Positions 37,708-47,908 of a DNA stretch of 55,990 nucleotides are shown piece after piece. The stretch is from an uncultured Nakamurella sp. (GTDB lineage Bacteria; Actinomycetota; Actinomycetes; Mycobacteriales; Nakamurellaceae). The stretch lies in contig CAXSEW010000001.1 of assembly GCA_964236185.1 (NCBI GenBank), positions 1 to 55,990 of the forward strand, given 5' to 3'. Every line of letters starts with the position of its first letter. Positions within the stretch are counted from its first letter, which is position 1. The translations under genes and the position numbers were made by a program. The notes under the pieces are model-generated. The model had not been told where the DNA came from, did no database searches, and saw only the letters and a program-made list of their open reading frames with translations.

Positions 37708-38217
37708 ATGGCTGATCGAGATGGTTTCACCGCAGTGGTGCAGGACCGGCTGGTGCCGTGGCGGCGGATGGCATTTCTGATGTGCGGGGACTGGGCTCGG
37801 GCCGAGGACCTGGTGCAGACGGCGCTTCTGCGGATGTACGGCAAGTGGCACCGGATCGACCTGGCCGGTGTCGATGCCTACGCCCGGCGGGTGATCACTC
37901 GGCTGGCCATCGATGAATCCCGCCGCGCCTACCGCCGGTCGGAGGTGTCCGCTGCGGATCTGCCTGACCGCCCGGCCCTCGGCGACGAGGCGACCGCCGG
38001 GCTGGACGTCCGCGCGGCGTTGCAACGACTGTCTGCCTCGCACCGGGCCGTGCTGGTGTTGCGGTTCTACCTGGACCTTTCGATCGCCGACACCGCGGCA
38101 GCGCTGGGTGTCGGCCAGGGGACCGTCAAGTCCCAGACCTCACGTGGCTTGACCGCACTACGTGCCGCGATCGCACTCGACTCGCTTGCCTATCTCTCGA
38201 AGGAGCTCCCGCGATGA
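37708..38217 (+). CDS. ECF sigma factor (SigE-like)
   Basis: GDWARAEDLVQTALLRMY and HRAVLVLRFYLDLSIADTA..LGVGQGTVKSQTSRGL. Confidence 0.92.
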   Translation: MADRDGFTAVVQDRLVPWRRMAFLMCGDWARAEDLVQTALLRMYGKWHRIDLAGVDAYARRVITRLAIDESRRAYRRSEVSAADLPDRPALGDEATAGLDVRAALQRLSASHRAVLVLRFYLDLSIADTAAALGVGQGTVKSQTSRGLTALRAAIALDSLAYLSKELPR

Positions 38218-39128
38218 CCACCAATGAGGACGGCGGTGCCGGAATCGGCGAAGCGCTGCAACAGGCTTTCGGCGATGAACCGCCCTTGATGTTGAACGCC
38301 GGCGCCATCGCCCGGCAGGGCGCCCACGCGCTTCGCCGGCGTCGTGGGATGACCATCGGCGGGGCGGTCCTGGCAGTCGGCGTGCTGACCGCAGGGATCG
38401 CGGTAGGTGTACCTCGCATAGCTGGCACCGTCGGTACTGCCAGCGCGCACTCGGTACCCGGTTGCGGCGCCGTGGTCAGTACCGACGACCCGGCTGTCAC
38501 CGCCTGGCAGAACGGGACCTCCGCGTCTCCGACCGGACCGACGTCGTCGTTCGGCACCGAGGCGACGTCGTCGTCCTCCGACGCCGCAGCGACCGAAGCC
38601 AGCACGACATCTGCTGCAGTGGCAACCGGTCCGACCGACGTCTACGGGCAACCGGTACCGGCCTGGTTGACCAAGTCGAAGGCGACCAACATGGCGACCG
38701 CGTTCGCCGCGTCGATACCGACTGGCGTTCACTTGTCTGCGCCCGCCGCCTCCGCTCGGGTGCCGTTGCCCTTCGCTGCGGGCTCCCACTTGGCAGGTGG
38801 CGGCGTCGTCGTCTCGGCTGGCTCTGCCCGCGCATTCCTCAGCATCGACGTCCAGATGTGGGACAAGGGCGCTCCGCCGTGCACCGCCAACCTGGCTCAC
38901 CGGTACACCAGCGCGGACGGCAGCATCACCGACGTCATCGACGAACCGGGAACCAGTGAAACCGGGCACTACATGCTCGCCGAGTCCTACCGACCCGACG
39001 GAACATTGGTCAACGTCGGTCTCAACAACAGCGGCGGCATCGTGCCTCCGACCGCCAACCTGCCGCTCACCGTTCAGCAGCTCGCAGCAATCGCCGCCGC
39101 ACCCGCACTGGCCATCACCGCCGAGTAA
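38214..39128 (+). CDS. Single-pass membrane protein, probable anti-sigma factor
   Basis: ATGA-coupled to the sigma gene; RRRR then a TM; C-terminal YRPDG...LTVQQLAAIA, similar to 13730-14764. Confidence 0.72.
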   Translation: MTTNEDGGAGIGEALQQAFGDEPPLMLNAGAIARQGAHALRRRRGMTIGGAVLAVGVLTAGIAVGVPRIAGTVGTASAHSVPGCGAVVSTDDPAVTAWQNGTSASPTGPTSSFGTEATSSSSDAAATEASTTSAAVATGPTDVYGQPVPAWLTKSKATNMATAFAASIPTGVHLSAPAASARVPLPFAAGSHLAGGGVVVSAGSARAFLSIDVQMWDKGAPPCTANLAHRYTSADGSITDVIDEPGTSETGHYMLAESYRPDGTLVNVGLNNSGGIVPPTANLPLTVQQLAAIAAAPALAITAE

Positions 39129-39174
39129 GACTGCACTGGTGACGGCCGGAGTCGCCGCCGTTGTGTCTGATTGC

Positions 39175-39340
39175 TCGCGTTCATAGCTACATCCGTAAAG
39201 CAGCCGCACACGGATCATAAAATAGGACAAGCAAACGATGGAGTACGTGTCATTCCCGTTGCCTTGTAACGTAACTCGTGCACGAATGACTGACTACGTT
39301 GCGTTATAAAGTAACGCGTACACGAGTTGCGTTACACCGT
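39175..39340. other. res-like site 2 (AT-rich, nested inverted repeats)
   Basis: IR TGTAACGTAACTCGTGCACG (39265-84) / CGTACACGAGTTGCGTTACA (39317-36), 18/20; inner GCGTTA-TAAAG-TAACGC; CAAGCAAA shared with the 53.3 kb site. Confidence 0.6.
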
Positions 39341-39449
39341 GAAAGCCCCGTGACGCCAGCGGCATGACGCACAGCCGTCCGATAGAAGATCCGGGACCGC
39401 ACACCGCGAAGACTCCATTCAAGTCGACCCGGCCGCGCCCGCGGCTAGC

Positions 39450-39749
39450 TCAGCGGGAGGGGTCCACTCGCGCGTTATGGAGCCGGACTGGGATCACGAA
39501 GGCCACGAACAGCGGGACGATCGCCAGGGGAATCGCCCAGAGACCGACGGAACGCTGCTGAAGGCCGGCGCCTCCGAACACAGCGAGTACGAGCTCTGAG
39601 AAATAGGGCACCGCGATCCGCCAGTCCATGCGAGGCGAGTCGGCCCTTCGGAACGCGACTATTCGGCGATCCACGTTCAGACGATCAGACAGCAAGCCCG
39701 CGACGGCGGCCAGCAGCCAACCGCAGACCATCACCACCCAATCGACCAT
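39450..39749 (-). CDS. Small membrane protein
   Basis: Three hydrophobic segments; lies between the 39379 and 39786 sites. Confidence 0.55.
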   Translation of the reverse strand: MVDWVVMVCGWLLAAVAGLLSDRLNVDRRIVAFRRADSPRMDWRIAVPYFSELVLAVFGGAGLQQRSVGLWAIPLAIVPLFVAFVIPVRLHNARVDPSR

Positions 39750-39839
39750 CAGGCAAAGGCTAGCTCTGCCCGCACAGAACCGTCATCGGTCAGCGATCGC
39801 GTCTGTCGAGTCCCGTGGAGGTGTAGCTGCGCACAGCCA

Positions 39840-40067
39840 CTATGGGCGGCCGCCCTGCTCGCCGACGCGAGGCGTGAGAAGCGTCGTGAGCAATCCAGCC
39901 ATGAGGCAAACCAGGAATGCAACGGACCACCATGTGCCTCGCACCGTGATGGATAGAACGAAGAAGATAACGGTGAGCACCAGGAGGGCAAGAACGAACC
40001 TGCGTCGTGATTGAGACGACCGATCCCAGGCACTGCCAGGCCTAGGCCAACGTCGCGTCTTCCCCAT
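39840..40067 (-). CDS. Small two-TM membrane protein
   Basis: RRRFVLALLVLTVIFFVL...WWSVAFLVCLMAGLL. Confidence 0.5.
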   Translation of the reverse strand: MGKTRRWPRPGSAWDRSSQSRRRFVLALLVLTVIFFVLSITVRGTWWSVAFLVCLMAGLLTTLLTPRVGEQGGRP

Positions 40068-40303
40068 CGCGCGATCCTAAGCCGTGAGACCGCCGCCTCT
40101 TGGCGAAGGCCCTAGGTTCTTGTGTCGGAATCTGCCATGAAGCGGTCGGATGCCCACGCGGCGATGTTCGAAGGCGGAACGGTGACCGGACGGGATCCGT
40201 GACCGGTCTCGAGCGTTTAGGCGCGGATACCGTGCTCCGCGCGCGGACCGGGCCCGTACGCGAAATCGGCACTCGACTAGACCAAACGTGGGATGATACG
40301 AAC

Positions 40304-40657
40304 ATGCGCTTAACCGGCCCCCGACCGCCCCGCCAGCCGATTGATTGGTCGGCGACGCGTGCCGGCGACTGGTGGCCCCGCGTCGCACTAGTGGTCGTCG
40401 CGCTGGGGTTGACAGAACTTCCCAACACCTGGTGGTCATGGGGCCCGGTGATAGCTTGGGCCGCCGCCTGCAGCTTCGTGCCGGCACTCCCTAGAAAGTC
40501 GCTCGCCCCATCACCTGTGCCAGCTGGCCGCGATGAAGGCAACGTCGACGACAGCGTTCACTTAGCAGCGGATGCGACCGATCAGGAGCCGCCACTTTCC
40601 GCTGCGGAGTTCGAAGTCGTTTGGCAGCAAGCCAAGGAGTCTGGCGCACGAATTTAG
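40304..40657 (+). CDS. Small membrane protein
   Basis: Two TMs and an acidic tail; ATG downstream of the 40185 site. Confidence 0.5.
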   Translation: MRLTGPRPPRQPIDWSATRAGDWWPRVALVVVALGLTELPNTWWSWGPVIAWAAACSFVPALPRKSLAPSPVPAGRDEGNVDDSVHLAADATDQEPPLSAAEFEVVWQQAKESGARI

Positions 40658-40754
40658 GTGCGTTTAGGTCAGAAAGGCCTTCGAAGTCTCGCTGCCGTCT
40701 GCGTCGTATCGACCCGGTGCCACTGATCTAAGGGGTCGGTGGTGCCGGGCATGC

Positions 40755-41000
40755 GTGGAACTCGCGGAGGACCAGTACTGGATCACACCTCGGCCACTAG
40801 CCCCCGCAGGACCACTACGGATGGTCCTGCGGTGGCCCGAGCTGGGCATCGAGGAGACCGTCACCGAACTCGACGGCACTACGATCGCCGCCGCCGGCCG
40901 GGTCGCCGACGTTCTCTGGGCGCCAGAACCAGCCCTAGCACCACCTCGCTCACTGGCCCCACCGACCATCGGATGGTTCGCACAAGCCCTCCACCGCTGA
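40755..41000 (+). pseudogene. Probable C-terminal fragment of an actinobacterial hypothetical protein
   Basis: YWITPRPLAPAGPL...WPELGIEETVTELDG...LW resembles the C-terminus of longer proteins; the stop is followed by the 41011 site. Confidence 0.45.
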
Positions 41001-41205
41001 CCCATGATCACCGTTCAAGGATCGGTGTCAGGTTACGGACGGAGGGCCACTGAAGGGCAAGATCGCCGGGGCAAGGCCACCCATGATCACGGACTCGAGC
41101 GCGCCATATGGTCTGGCGAAGAACTCGGCGCTAGCGCCGTCGGGACGGCTGACGGCACCATGACACGAGACGGGAACCGAGCTGGCCTGTGCGCGTCCTC
41201 GGAAG

Positions 41206-41499
41206 GTGATCAACAAGCGCCGGCAGCGGCTGATGTGGCTGACCGGCGCGGCCCTTTCGGCCGGGTCCGGGGTGGTGATCATTGTGTTGGTTATCGTTCA
41301 CGCCCTTCAGGCCGAGTACGCCGAAGGGTTACGCGCCGATGCCACGGGAACCGCCGGTGGCGTCGGTACTGGTGGCGTGCCCTCGAATACTGGGCTGCTC
41401 ATTGGAGCCGCGCTGATCGCCGCAGTGCTCCTGGTTGTCCTGATGGCGCGCGCTTCCGGCTCAGCACGGGGCCGTCGATCAACGGGCCCCGCCAGCTGA
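41206..41499 (+). CDS. Small two-TM membrane protein
   Basis: Two hydrophobic helices with a Gly-rich loop; lies between the 41011 and 41532 sites. Confidence 0.55.
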   Translation: MINKRRQRLMWLTGAALSAGSGVVIIVLVIVHALQAEYAEGLRADATGTAGGVGTGGVPSNTGLLIGAALIAAVLLVVLMARASGSARGRRSTGPAS

Positions 41500-41541
41500 T
41501 CACCCGAGCCTGCAGAAGTACCCAGAACCTCCCGGTTGGCG

Positions 41542-41857
41542 ATCGCCCATCGGCGACCCCGCGGTGGCGCGCAAACCGAGATCGCATACCTATCACGGTG
41601 CTGCATGATTGCCAGCATGCCCGATGACACCCGAGAGCCGGCCAGTCTCCGCGACATGGGATTACGGATGAGGCCTGGGGATCGGTGGCCATTCGAGCCG
41701 CCTGCGCCCGAGCTGGGACCCGATGGCGGCGTAGACGCTCCGCTCGGGCCGAATCCGCCGCCAAGCCTCGCGAAAACGGCAGAACCACCTGACTCTTCGC
41801 CTGACCGGTAGTAGGGGCGGGAAGCCGGTGACCATGCGCGGATTACCGAGTGCCGAT
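41542..41857 (+). repeat. Module copy A (~316 bp) with a small Pro-rich ORF (41617-41811)
   Basis: Inverted homolog of 45716-46030; encodes MPDDTREPASLRDMGLRMRPGDRWPFEPPAPE... Confidence 0.9.
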
Positions 41858-42270
41858 CCCCGACCGGTGGTCGATGGGTATGGAGGAGCGCTGCAGTCAG
41901 GCCCTCGTCCGGGCCGATTGCGTGCTGTCATCGCCTGTCGGTCAAACCCGGTGGGCAACAATTGATCGATCCGCCGATCGTTGATCCGTCGGTTTGCGAC
42001 GATGATAGTCATTGGTGCAAAACGAGCGTCGACTGACGCATCTCGGAGGCCGATCGAACTGCACGGGGACGAGGCTCCACGGCCGCAGGCAGAACGGCTC
42101 GGAGATGCAACCTTTTTATCGAGGTGCCCGTCTGTCGATAGAAGGGAGAATCTTATGATTCGAACAGGTGTTGGTCCGGTCGCTCGATTAACGCCGGGAC
42201 TGATCAGCGCTGCCCTAGCCGGTGGCGTCGCTACGCCGGCCGCCGCCTGATGGTGCGGAAGGGTGCGGTG

Positions 42271-43131
42271 ATGCGTCGCTGGGTGCGGGGTGTGACGGCA
42301 TTCGTCGCCATTTGCGCCTCGGGCTGCGCGTCCCCCGTTGCGGTGTCTACACCGCCGGCGGCGACGGCGTCAGCCTCGGCAAGTGCGCCGGGCGAAGGCT
42401 CCTACGTGGGGGTGCACTGGATAGCGACCCAGGTGTCGATCAACAGTGTCACTCACTCGATCCCGACCGGTATGGCAGTCACCGTCGACTTCTTGCAGTC
42501 CAGGTCCGTTGTCTTCAGCGACGGCGTCAACGCGATCGACGCTCATTGGGCACCGCTGCCCGATGATGCCGTTCGCGTGGAGGACGCCCGCTCCAGCGCT
42601 GTCGGATATGTGGGCCGTGATGCCCAACAGCTCGCCGCTATCCTGGCAATCCAGCAGATCACCGCTCCCTCCCTTGCCGGCGAGTCAGCCGCTGAGATCA
42701 CAGTCACCCGCACTGGCGGCGTTCTCACGCTGGCGGGAAACACGGTGCAGATCTCCTACCGGAACGCCGGACCCACAGCACCTGAAATGACGCGATCCGC
42801 CCCCGCGACCACCAATCCAGCCGGCCCGTCGCCAGACCATGGACCCCTAGCGGCCTCGTCGGCGGCTGGTGACGTAGGAGCCGCGAAGCCCTATGACCTC
42901 CTCACCCACTGTGGAGTGAGGGAAGCTTTGATCAAGAACACCTACTACTTGGCCTCCCCGGTGCTCGACGACGGCAACGGGAACCCGCCACCGGGCTGGG
43001 GCAATCCGTACGACAGCGGCACGATCACCATCAACGCCGATAAGACGGCCGACTTTCGCGACAGCGCAGGGCACCAAGCCCACTTCGTCGTGCGGCCCGG
43101 CGCGAGAACCTGGCTCCGCGCCTGCGCATGA
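42271..43131 (+). CDS. Lipoprotein with a META-like domain
   Basis: Signal peptide with a lipobox-like ASGC; GVHW...DGVNAI; C-terminal LLTHCG...WGNP domain. Confidence 0.65.
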   Translation: MRRWVRGVTAFVAICASGCASPVAVSTPPAATASASASAPGEGSYVGVHWIATQVSINSVTHSIPTGMAVTVDFLQSRSVVFSDGVNAIDAHWAPLPDDAVRVEDARSSAVGYVGRDAQQLAAILAIQQITAPSLAGESAAEITVTRTGGVLTLAGNTVQISYRNAGPTAPEMTRSAPATTNPAGPSPDHGPLAASSAAGDVGAAKPYDLLTHCGVREALIKNTYYLASPVLDDGNGNPPPGWGNPYDSGTITINADKTADFRDSAGHQAHFVVRPGARTWLRACA

Positions 43132-43318
43132 CGGCCTGACTCCGCCCTATGCCTCAACCTTCGTGGCCAGGCCGAGGGGCGCGCCTGTAGTCGTTATCCA
43201 GTCGGTCGGGAGTGAGCTGCGCTGCGCTCGGATCCGTGCTGAACGGCGCAATTCGCTTTGCTTCGTCAGCCCGGAAGCGGATCGCTCTGTGGGCAGGACG
43301 CGACCATAGACTTCCGCG

Positions 43319-43578
43319 GTGGCCACGTTCCTCACTTACAAGCGGTGGCGTCTGCGCGACGGTGTGAATATGCAAACAGTGATCAATATGGTCCGCGATC
43401 GGATCGCCCCTCACTACGAGGTGCTAGATCCGACCGTTCGGCTGGGTCTCGAGCAGATCGACGGCGCTCAGGCGGTGTTGGCCACTCAGCGCTGGCTCAG
43501 TCGCGAACGTCGAGACCGGACGGTAGGGGAGCTACCTTCCAGGCATGGCTTGATGCATACCGTCCGCTCCTTGAATGA
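43319..43578 (+). pseudogene. Small hypothetical gene, probably frameshifted near 43530
   Basis: TFLTYKRWRL...ATQRWLSRERRD continues plausibly as ATFQAWLDAYRPLLE in another frame. Confidence 0.45.
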
Positions 43579-43866
43579 ATCGCCCCGGCTCGAGAAGCAT
43601 CGGCCAACGTCCAGCTACCTCACTACTAAGCAGATCGCGAACCCTATTGGCCCGTATCGATCACAACGGGCGCATCCCACGGGTGCCTGCCGGCTGGTCT
43701 ACGGAGTGTTAAGCCCTCGACAAGCGGCTACTAAAGCTGACTTGGCCAGAGACCGGATCTGCAGTCGATGTGGTCCGTCACGAACCGTATCTACTGCGGC
43801 GTCGGTGGTTCCGGGCGCGAACGTTTAAGAGACAGCTGACCGTCCGAACCACCCGGCTGGGCGTGA

Positions 43867-44217
43867 TCAGTTTGTTGGTCCCCAGGGCTGCGTCCGGAGT
43901 CGACGTTGGCTGCTGCCTTCTGCAAGAACCCAACCGTGGGCACTTAGCGGTAGCTCTTGGTACGTCCATCGGCCAGGGTCGTCCTGACGGAGACGGCGAT
44001 AACGGAACATGTCGTGCGCCAACGTGCGATGCGGCGTCTTTCCCTGCCTCACGTATAGCTTCACCTCAACGCGTTCGCCGTCGGAGGTGAGAACGGGAGC
44101 CCCGAGCCGATCGAGCAGCTGGGCAATTTGAGGCTCCCGCGCATCGGCGTCGGCCAGCAACGTTCGAACCACGGGTCTCACTCCTTTGCTGTAAGAAACC
44201 ACCGAACTCCTCATCAC
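43867..44217 (-). CDS. Hypothetical protein
   Basis: ORF with a plausible composition; no motif recognised. Confidence 0.35.
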   Translation of the reverse strand: MMRSSVVSYSKGVRPVVRTLLADADAREPQIAQLLDRLGAPVLTSDGERVEVKLYVRQGKTPHRTLAHDMFRYRRLRQDDPGRWTYQELPLSAHGWVLAEGSSQRRLRTQPWGPTN

Positions 44218-44333
44218 TCTAAAGGTGGTGCGGCTGCCCGACCAGCGTTGCGTTCCGCCATTTGCGCGACCCAGGCCTACGTCGCGGTGTTCTAGGACGC
44301 CACTGACACCCCTACGGTTCTCGAAGAGCGGAT

Positions 44334-44681
44334 CTATCCGGCCTGCGCGCTTCGAATGCGTCCGTCGTCGCCGTACTCGACGCGCACTCGTGTGGGCGCG
44401 CCGTCCAGAGTTCCCAGGTTCGGCCGTACGGTGCGACCCTGCTCAGCAGCTAACGCCTCCGCCTCCGTGCAAGTCAGTCCGATGTACGGCTCAACCGGCA
44501 ACTGTCGGATGGCCTCGAAGCGGGCGCGTCTGGTCTGCGGGGCTTCTCTTGATGCGATCGACTTGACAGCCGGCATGGGTGAGACGGAGCGACGACCCGC
44601 GTCCCCGACCTTCTCTTGCTCCACCATGGCACCAAGTATGGGAGGTACCCGATAACTGGCATCTTCGGGTAGCCGACTCAA
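44334..44681 (-). CDS. Small protein with a peptidase inhibitor I78-like C-terminus
   Basis: YIGLTCTEAEALA...RTVR...TLDGAPTRVRVEYGDDGRIRSAQAG. Start uncertain. Confidence 0.5.
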   Translation of the reverse strand: MSRLPEDASYRVPPILGAMVEQEKVGDAGRRSVSPMPAVKSIASREAPQTRRARFEAIRQLPVEPYIGLTCTEAEALAAEQGRTVRPNLGTLDGAPTRVRVEYGDDGRIRSAQAG

Positions 44682-45091
44682 ACTGGCGGAGACGCCGTCC
44701 AGAAGCTGACAGCCGACCGGTCAGCGATCGGTAACCGGAACGGATCCGTGTCCGGCGGCGTTGTAGCCCGACCGGGTTGCCAATCCGTGCATCTATCTAA
44801 GGTGACTGTTACTCCCTCCGGCTTGCGCCCGACTGCGTGATAGGTCTTGATCGCTTCTTCGCTGCACTGTTCGGTAACCAGTCAGCCGGCTTAAGGTTGT
44901 TCGAGGCCACGCGCATCGTCGCTGCATCCTCGTAGCGCCCGGATACCGGGTGACCGCCGTTCGCCGGGGCGTTCACGTTCTCATCCGGAGGCTGGACGGC
45001 GCCGGGGTCAAGAAGCTGCAACCGATTCCTCTGCTGCTACGTCCTGGTACGTCACGGCCGGTGAGAGCGGTTCCAAAGATTAGGAGGTCCG

Positions 45092-45511
45092 ATGCGTGGC
45101 CGACCGGTGCAGATCATCAGCGGGCTGGTGTGCCTCTTGATCGTGCCCGGTTGCGGGCGCCAGGTCGCGCCGCCCTCCCCATCGGTCACCAGCCAATCAG
45201 TTGCGAGCCGACCACTTGCCGGCACGCAGTGGCTGCTCGATGCATCAAAGGCCACCCTGTCGATTACTGGCACCCAACTCAGTGCGACCAACGGGTGCCA
45301 AGAACTGGACGCCACGGTGGCCGTGCAGGGCAGCTCGCTGGAGCTCACCGACGTCCGGTTATCGGCCGGCCCGTACTGCCCGCAGGTTGACGTGCCCGGC
45401 CAGACCGTCTTCCAGGTGCTGACCACCGACTCAGTGTCGTGGAACGTGCAGGTCAACCGTTTGACGGTGACCAACGCTCGCGGACTCGCGCTGCACTATC
45501 GGGCCGGCTGA
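45092..45511 (+). CDS. META-domain lipoprotein
   Basis: Lipobox-like VPGC; LAGTQWLL, NGCQ, and a second Cys (YCP). Confidence 0.68.
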   Translation: MRGRPVQIISGLVCLLIVPGCGRQVAPPSPSVTSQSVASRPLAGTQWLLDASKATLSITGTQLSATNGCQELDATVAVQGSSLELTDVRLSAGPYCPQVDVPGQTVFQVLTTDSVSWNVQVNRLTVTNARGLALHYRAG

Positions 45512-45715
45512 TCGACTCGTTCAGCAACGGGCCCGCAAGTTTCCGACGCCAGGTCGCCACCCGCTGCCCGGCCGCTGCAAGATCGGCCCAGCCAGTCTGT
45601 CGTCCCCCGGGGTGAACGCTTCGGGGTCAACGCCGCGGCCGGCAAGCAAGGCGGTGAACTACCGCACACCGCCCTCATACGCGCGGGCGGTGTGCGGGCT
45701 CATGGTGCCCTCACC

Positions 45716-46030
45716 ATCGGCGCTCGGTTATCCGCGAATGGTCACCGGCTTACCCGGCACCAACTACCGGTCAGGCGATCAGTCAGGTGGTTCTGCCGAT
45801 TCCGCAAGGCTTGGCGGCGGGTTCGGTCCGACCGGAGCGTCCACGCCGCCATCGGGTCCCATCTCGGGTGCAGGCGGCTCGAATGGCCACCGATCCCCAG
45901 GTCTCATCCTTAATCCCATGTCGCGGAGACTGGCTGGCTCTGGGGTGTCATCGGACATGCTGGCAATGATGCAGCACCATGACAGGTCACGCGATCCGGG
46001 TTGCGCGCCAGCGGGTCGCCGGTGGGCGAT
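45716..46030 (-). repeat. Module copy B (~315 bp) with a small Pro-rich ORF (ending 45779)
   Basis: Inverted homolog of 41542-41857; encodes MSDDTPEPASLRDMGLRMRPGDRWPFEPPAPE... Confidence 0.9.
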
Positions 46031-46163
46031 CCATGACCGGTGACGCCCGAGGGGTGCAACTTGCCGCCCCATCTTGCTGTTCCGACCGCTGGGCGATGAG
46101 GCTCCAATCGCCGCCTCTCGAAGGACAGTTGTCGGGCCGCCCACTGGGCCTGCACACTGGCCA

Positions 46164-46371
46164 CATGGGAAGAACGCACGAGGTCTCTGGCATAGAGGGC
46201 CTGCCGATCTATCTGGTCTCGGCTGAACAGCCGTGGATCATCAGCGAAGACGACTTCATCGATGGTGTCCCGCTTGGCGACCTCATGAAGCGGCTCACCC
46301 CCGGCGAGCACCTCTACCTCGTCGACTACGCCAGTGACCCCGCCCGCACCAAGCTCACCTGCCTGATCTGA
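46164..46371 (+). CDS. Small hypothetical protein
   Basis: Globular-looking C-terminal part of ORF 45979-46371; lies between the 46019 and 46432 sites. Start uncertain. Confidence 0.45.
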
Positions 46372-46606
46372 GCGGCCGACAACAGCCGGCCGACCCCTGA
46401 GCACGCAGCGACGCTGCTGCTAACGGAACGCCCGAAAGCCGATCGTCTGCCGGTCAGCGTTCCCCATCAGACACACCAGCGCCAGGTCTGACTGAGTCCG
46501 TGGTCGCCCGCCGGCACAAGTTAGACCGGGTCAGGATTCACCCGGAATCGACACGGGTCGTTTCAGATGCGCAGTTCGTACCCCGACTGACATCGGTCAT
46601 GGGTCG

Positions 46607-46873
46607 GTGGCCGAGCTTGACATCCGGTTTCCAAACAGCATGGTGTGGTTTGATCCAGGCGTGATAGGCGATGCATCGGCGCAAGCCACTCCCGAGCCTC
46701 AGCCGCCGGCTCCACTTCCGTGGTGGCGACTGGCTCTGGGTGTTCTTGGAGGAGTGGCCGTTTTCCTGCTCGCGTCGCTTGTGCGAGGCAACTTCAGCTG
46801 GATTAGCCTCGTCGGAGCCATCATTGCGACAGCTGCCGGTATCGCCTATATGGCATGGCGACGTAGGCACTGA
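46607..46873 (+). CDS. Small two-TM membrane protein
   Basis: WWRLALGVLGGVAVFLL...ISLVGAIIATAAGIAYMAWRRRH. Confidence 0.55.
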   Translation: MAELDIRFPNSMVWFDPGVIGDASAQATPEPQPPAPLPWWRLALGVLGGVAVFLLASLVRGNFSWISLVGAIIATAAGIAYMAWRRRH

Positions 46874-47085
46874 GTTCCAGCTCCGTAACCGCGACCCAAG
46901 GAGCGGGGCAGCCCGCAAGGCGAACGCTGATCGGTCGGGTCCGTCAGAGCACTGATGGTGGCGAACAATCCGCTGCTGGTGAACGCTGTGGGATCGGAAC
47001 CGAGCCGTCAGGCCTGACTTGCTGAAACCGGCTTCCGAAGTCGGCGTCAAGCTGGTGAGGGTGGTCGACCATGCTGCGCGACGGC

Positions 47086-47400
47086 TCAGTGGTCGGGTGA
47101 CCGCTTCGGCACTGAAACGACATCCGCGGTAATCCGGACCCGGTCGCCAGCACGGCAACGATGAATCAACGAGGTCGTGGACGATGAGAGAAGCCACAGT
47201 GCGACCGCTAGGGATACCCAGAACAGCCAATCCAGGTGCTCATGGTTGACGAGGTTGACGACGAGAAAAAAGAGCACGAGCACAATGACACCGGCGCTTT
47301 GCGCTGCCGGGGTGAGCTTGAGGTCGCGTCTACGCCCGTTCAACCAGATCTTCATGAGCAGATGATGCGTCATCCGGGGCCTCAGGGGTGCTCGTTTCAT
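47086..47400 (-). CDS. Small two-TM membrane protein
   Basis: Two hydrophobic helices. Confidence 0.45.
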   Translation of the reverse strand: MKRAPLRPRMTHHLLMKIWLNGRRRDLKLTPAAQSAGVIVLVLFFLVVNLVNHEHLDWLFWVSLAVALWLLSSSTTSLIHRCRAGDRVRITADVVSVPKRSPDH

Positions 47401-47543
47401 GGCAGCGGTGCTTCAGCAACGTAGTGAACGTGGCCGTGCCGTCTCGGTGAAGGCCCACATCGCCACCGTCACCGATTGACGATCGGTGACCGGGACCGCA
47501 ACAACTGGGCAGGCCCGCCCTCGCGACAGGTGCTCAGGCGCGC

Positions 47544-47780
47544 TCAGAATGGACTGGCCGCGCCGCCATCGGCGAGACCGCGGCGTACGGATGCCACCCA
47601 ATCTTCCCAACGTGCTGGGTCGGAATGAAGGTACTGCAGGAAGAGATTGAGCGGCTCCGACGGGGTCTGCTCAAGGGACGCGTAGAGGTCCACCATGTAG
47701 AAGGCGGCCCGGAACGCCTCATCGAGCGTCAGTGAATCGGGCAGGTCGTCCGCCACTGTCGGCCTGGGGAGATCGGTCAT
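47544..47780 (-). CDS. Small acidic protein, toxin-immunity-like
   Basis: LTLDEAFRAAFYMVDLY...SDPARWEDWVASV; bracketed by the 47472 and 47841 sites. Confidence 0.6.
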   Translation of the reverse strand: MTDLPRPTVADDLPDSLTLDEAFRAAFYMVDLYASLEQTPSEPLNLFLQYLHSDPARWEDWVASVRRGLADGGAASPF

Positions 47781-47908
47781 GACCTCAGATTGCCACCGCT
47801 AACCGTTCCGCGGGTGATCAAGTTCAACCCGGGCGATGACCCGGTCGGCGATCGGCAACCGGTCGGCAATCGGCTCGCGCCGTGTGGGGCCCGTTGGGTT
47901 GCTGCGCC

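Noticed and set aside
42176-42197. Additional 22-bp site CCGGT-N12-GCCGG
   Set aside because: The arms fit but the core is shifted (no central AT); could be chance in GC-rich DNA. Similar weak hits near 46495, 47080 and 50577 were also left out.
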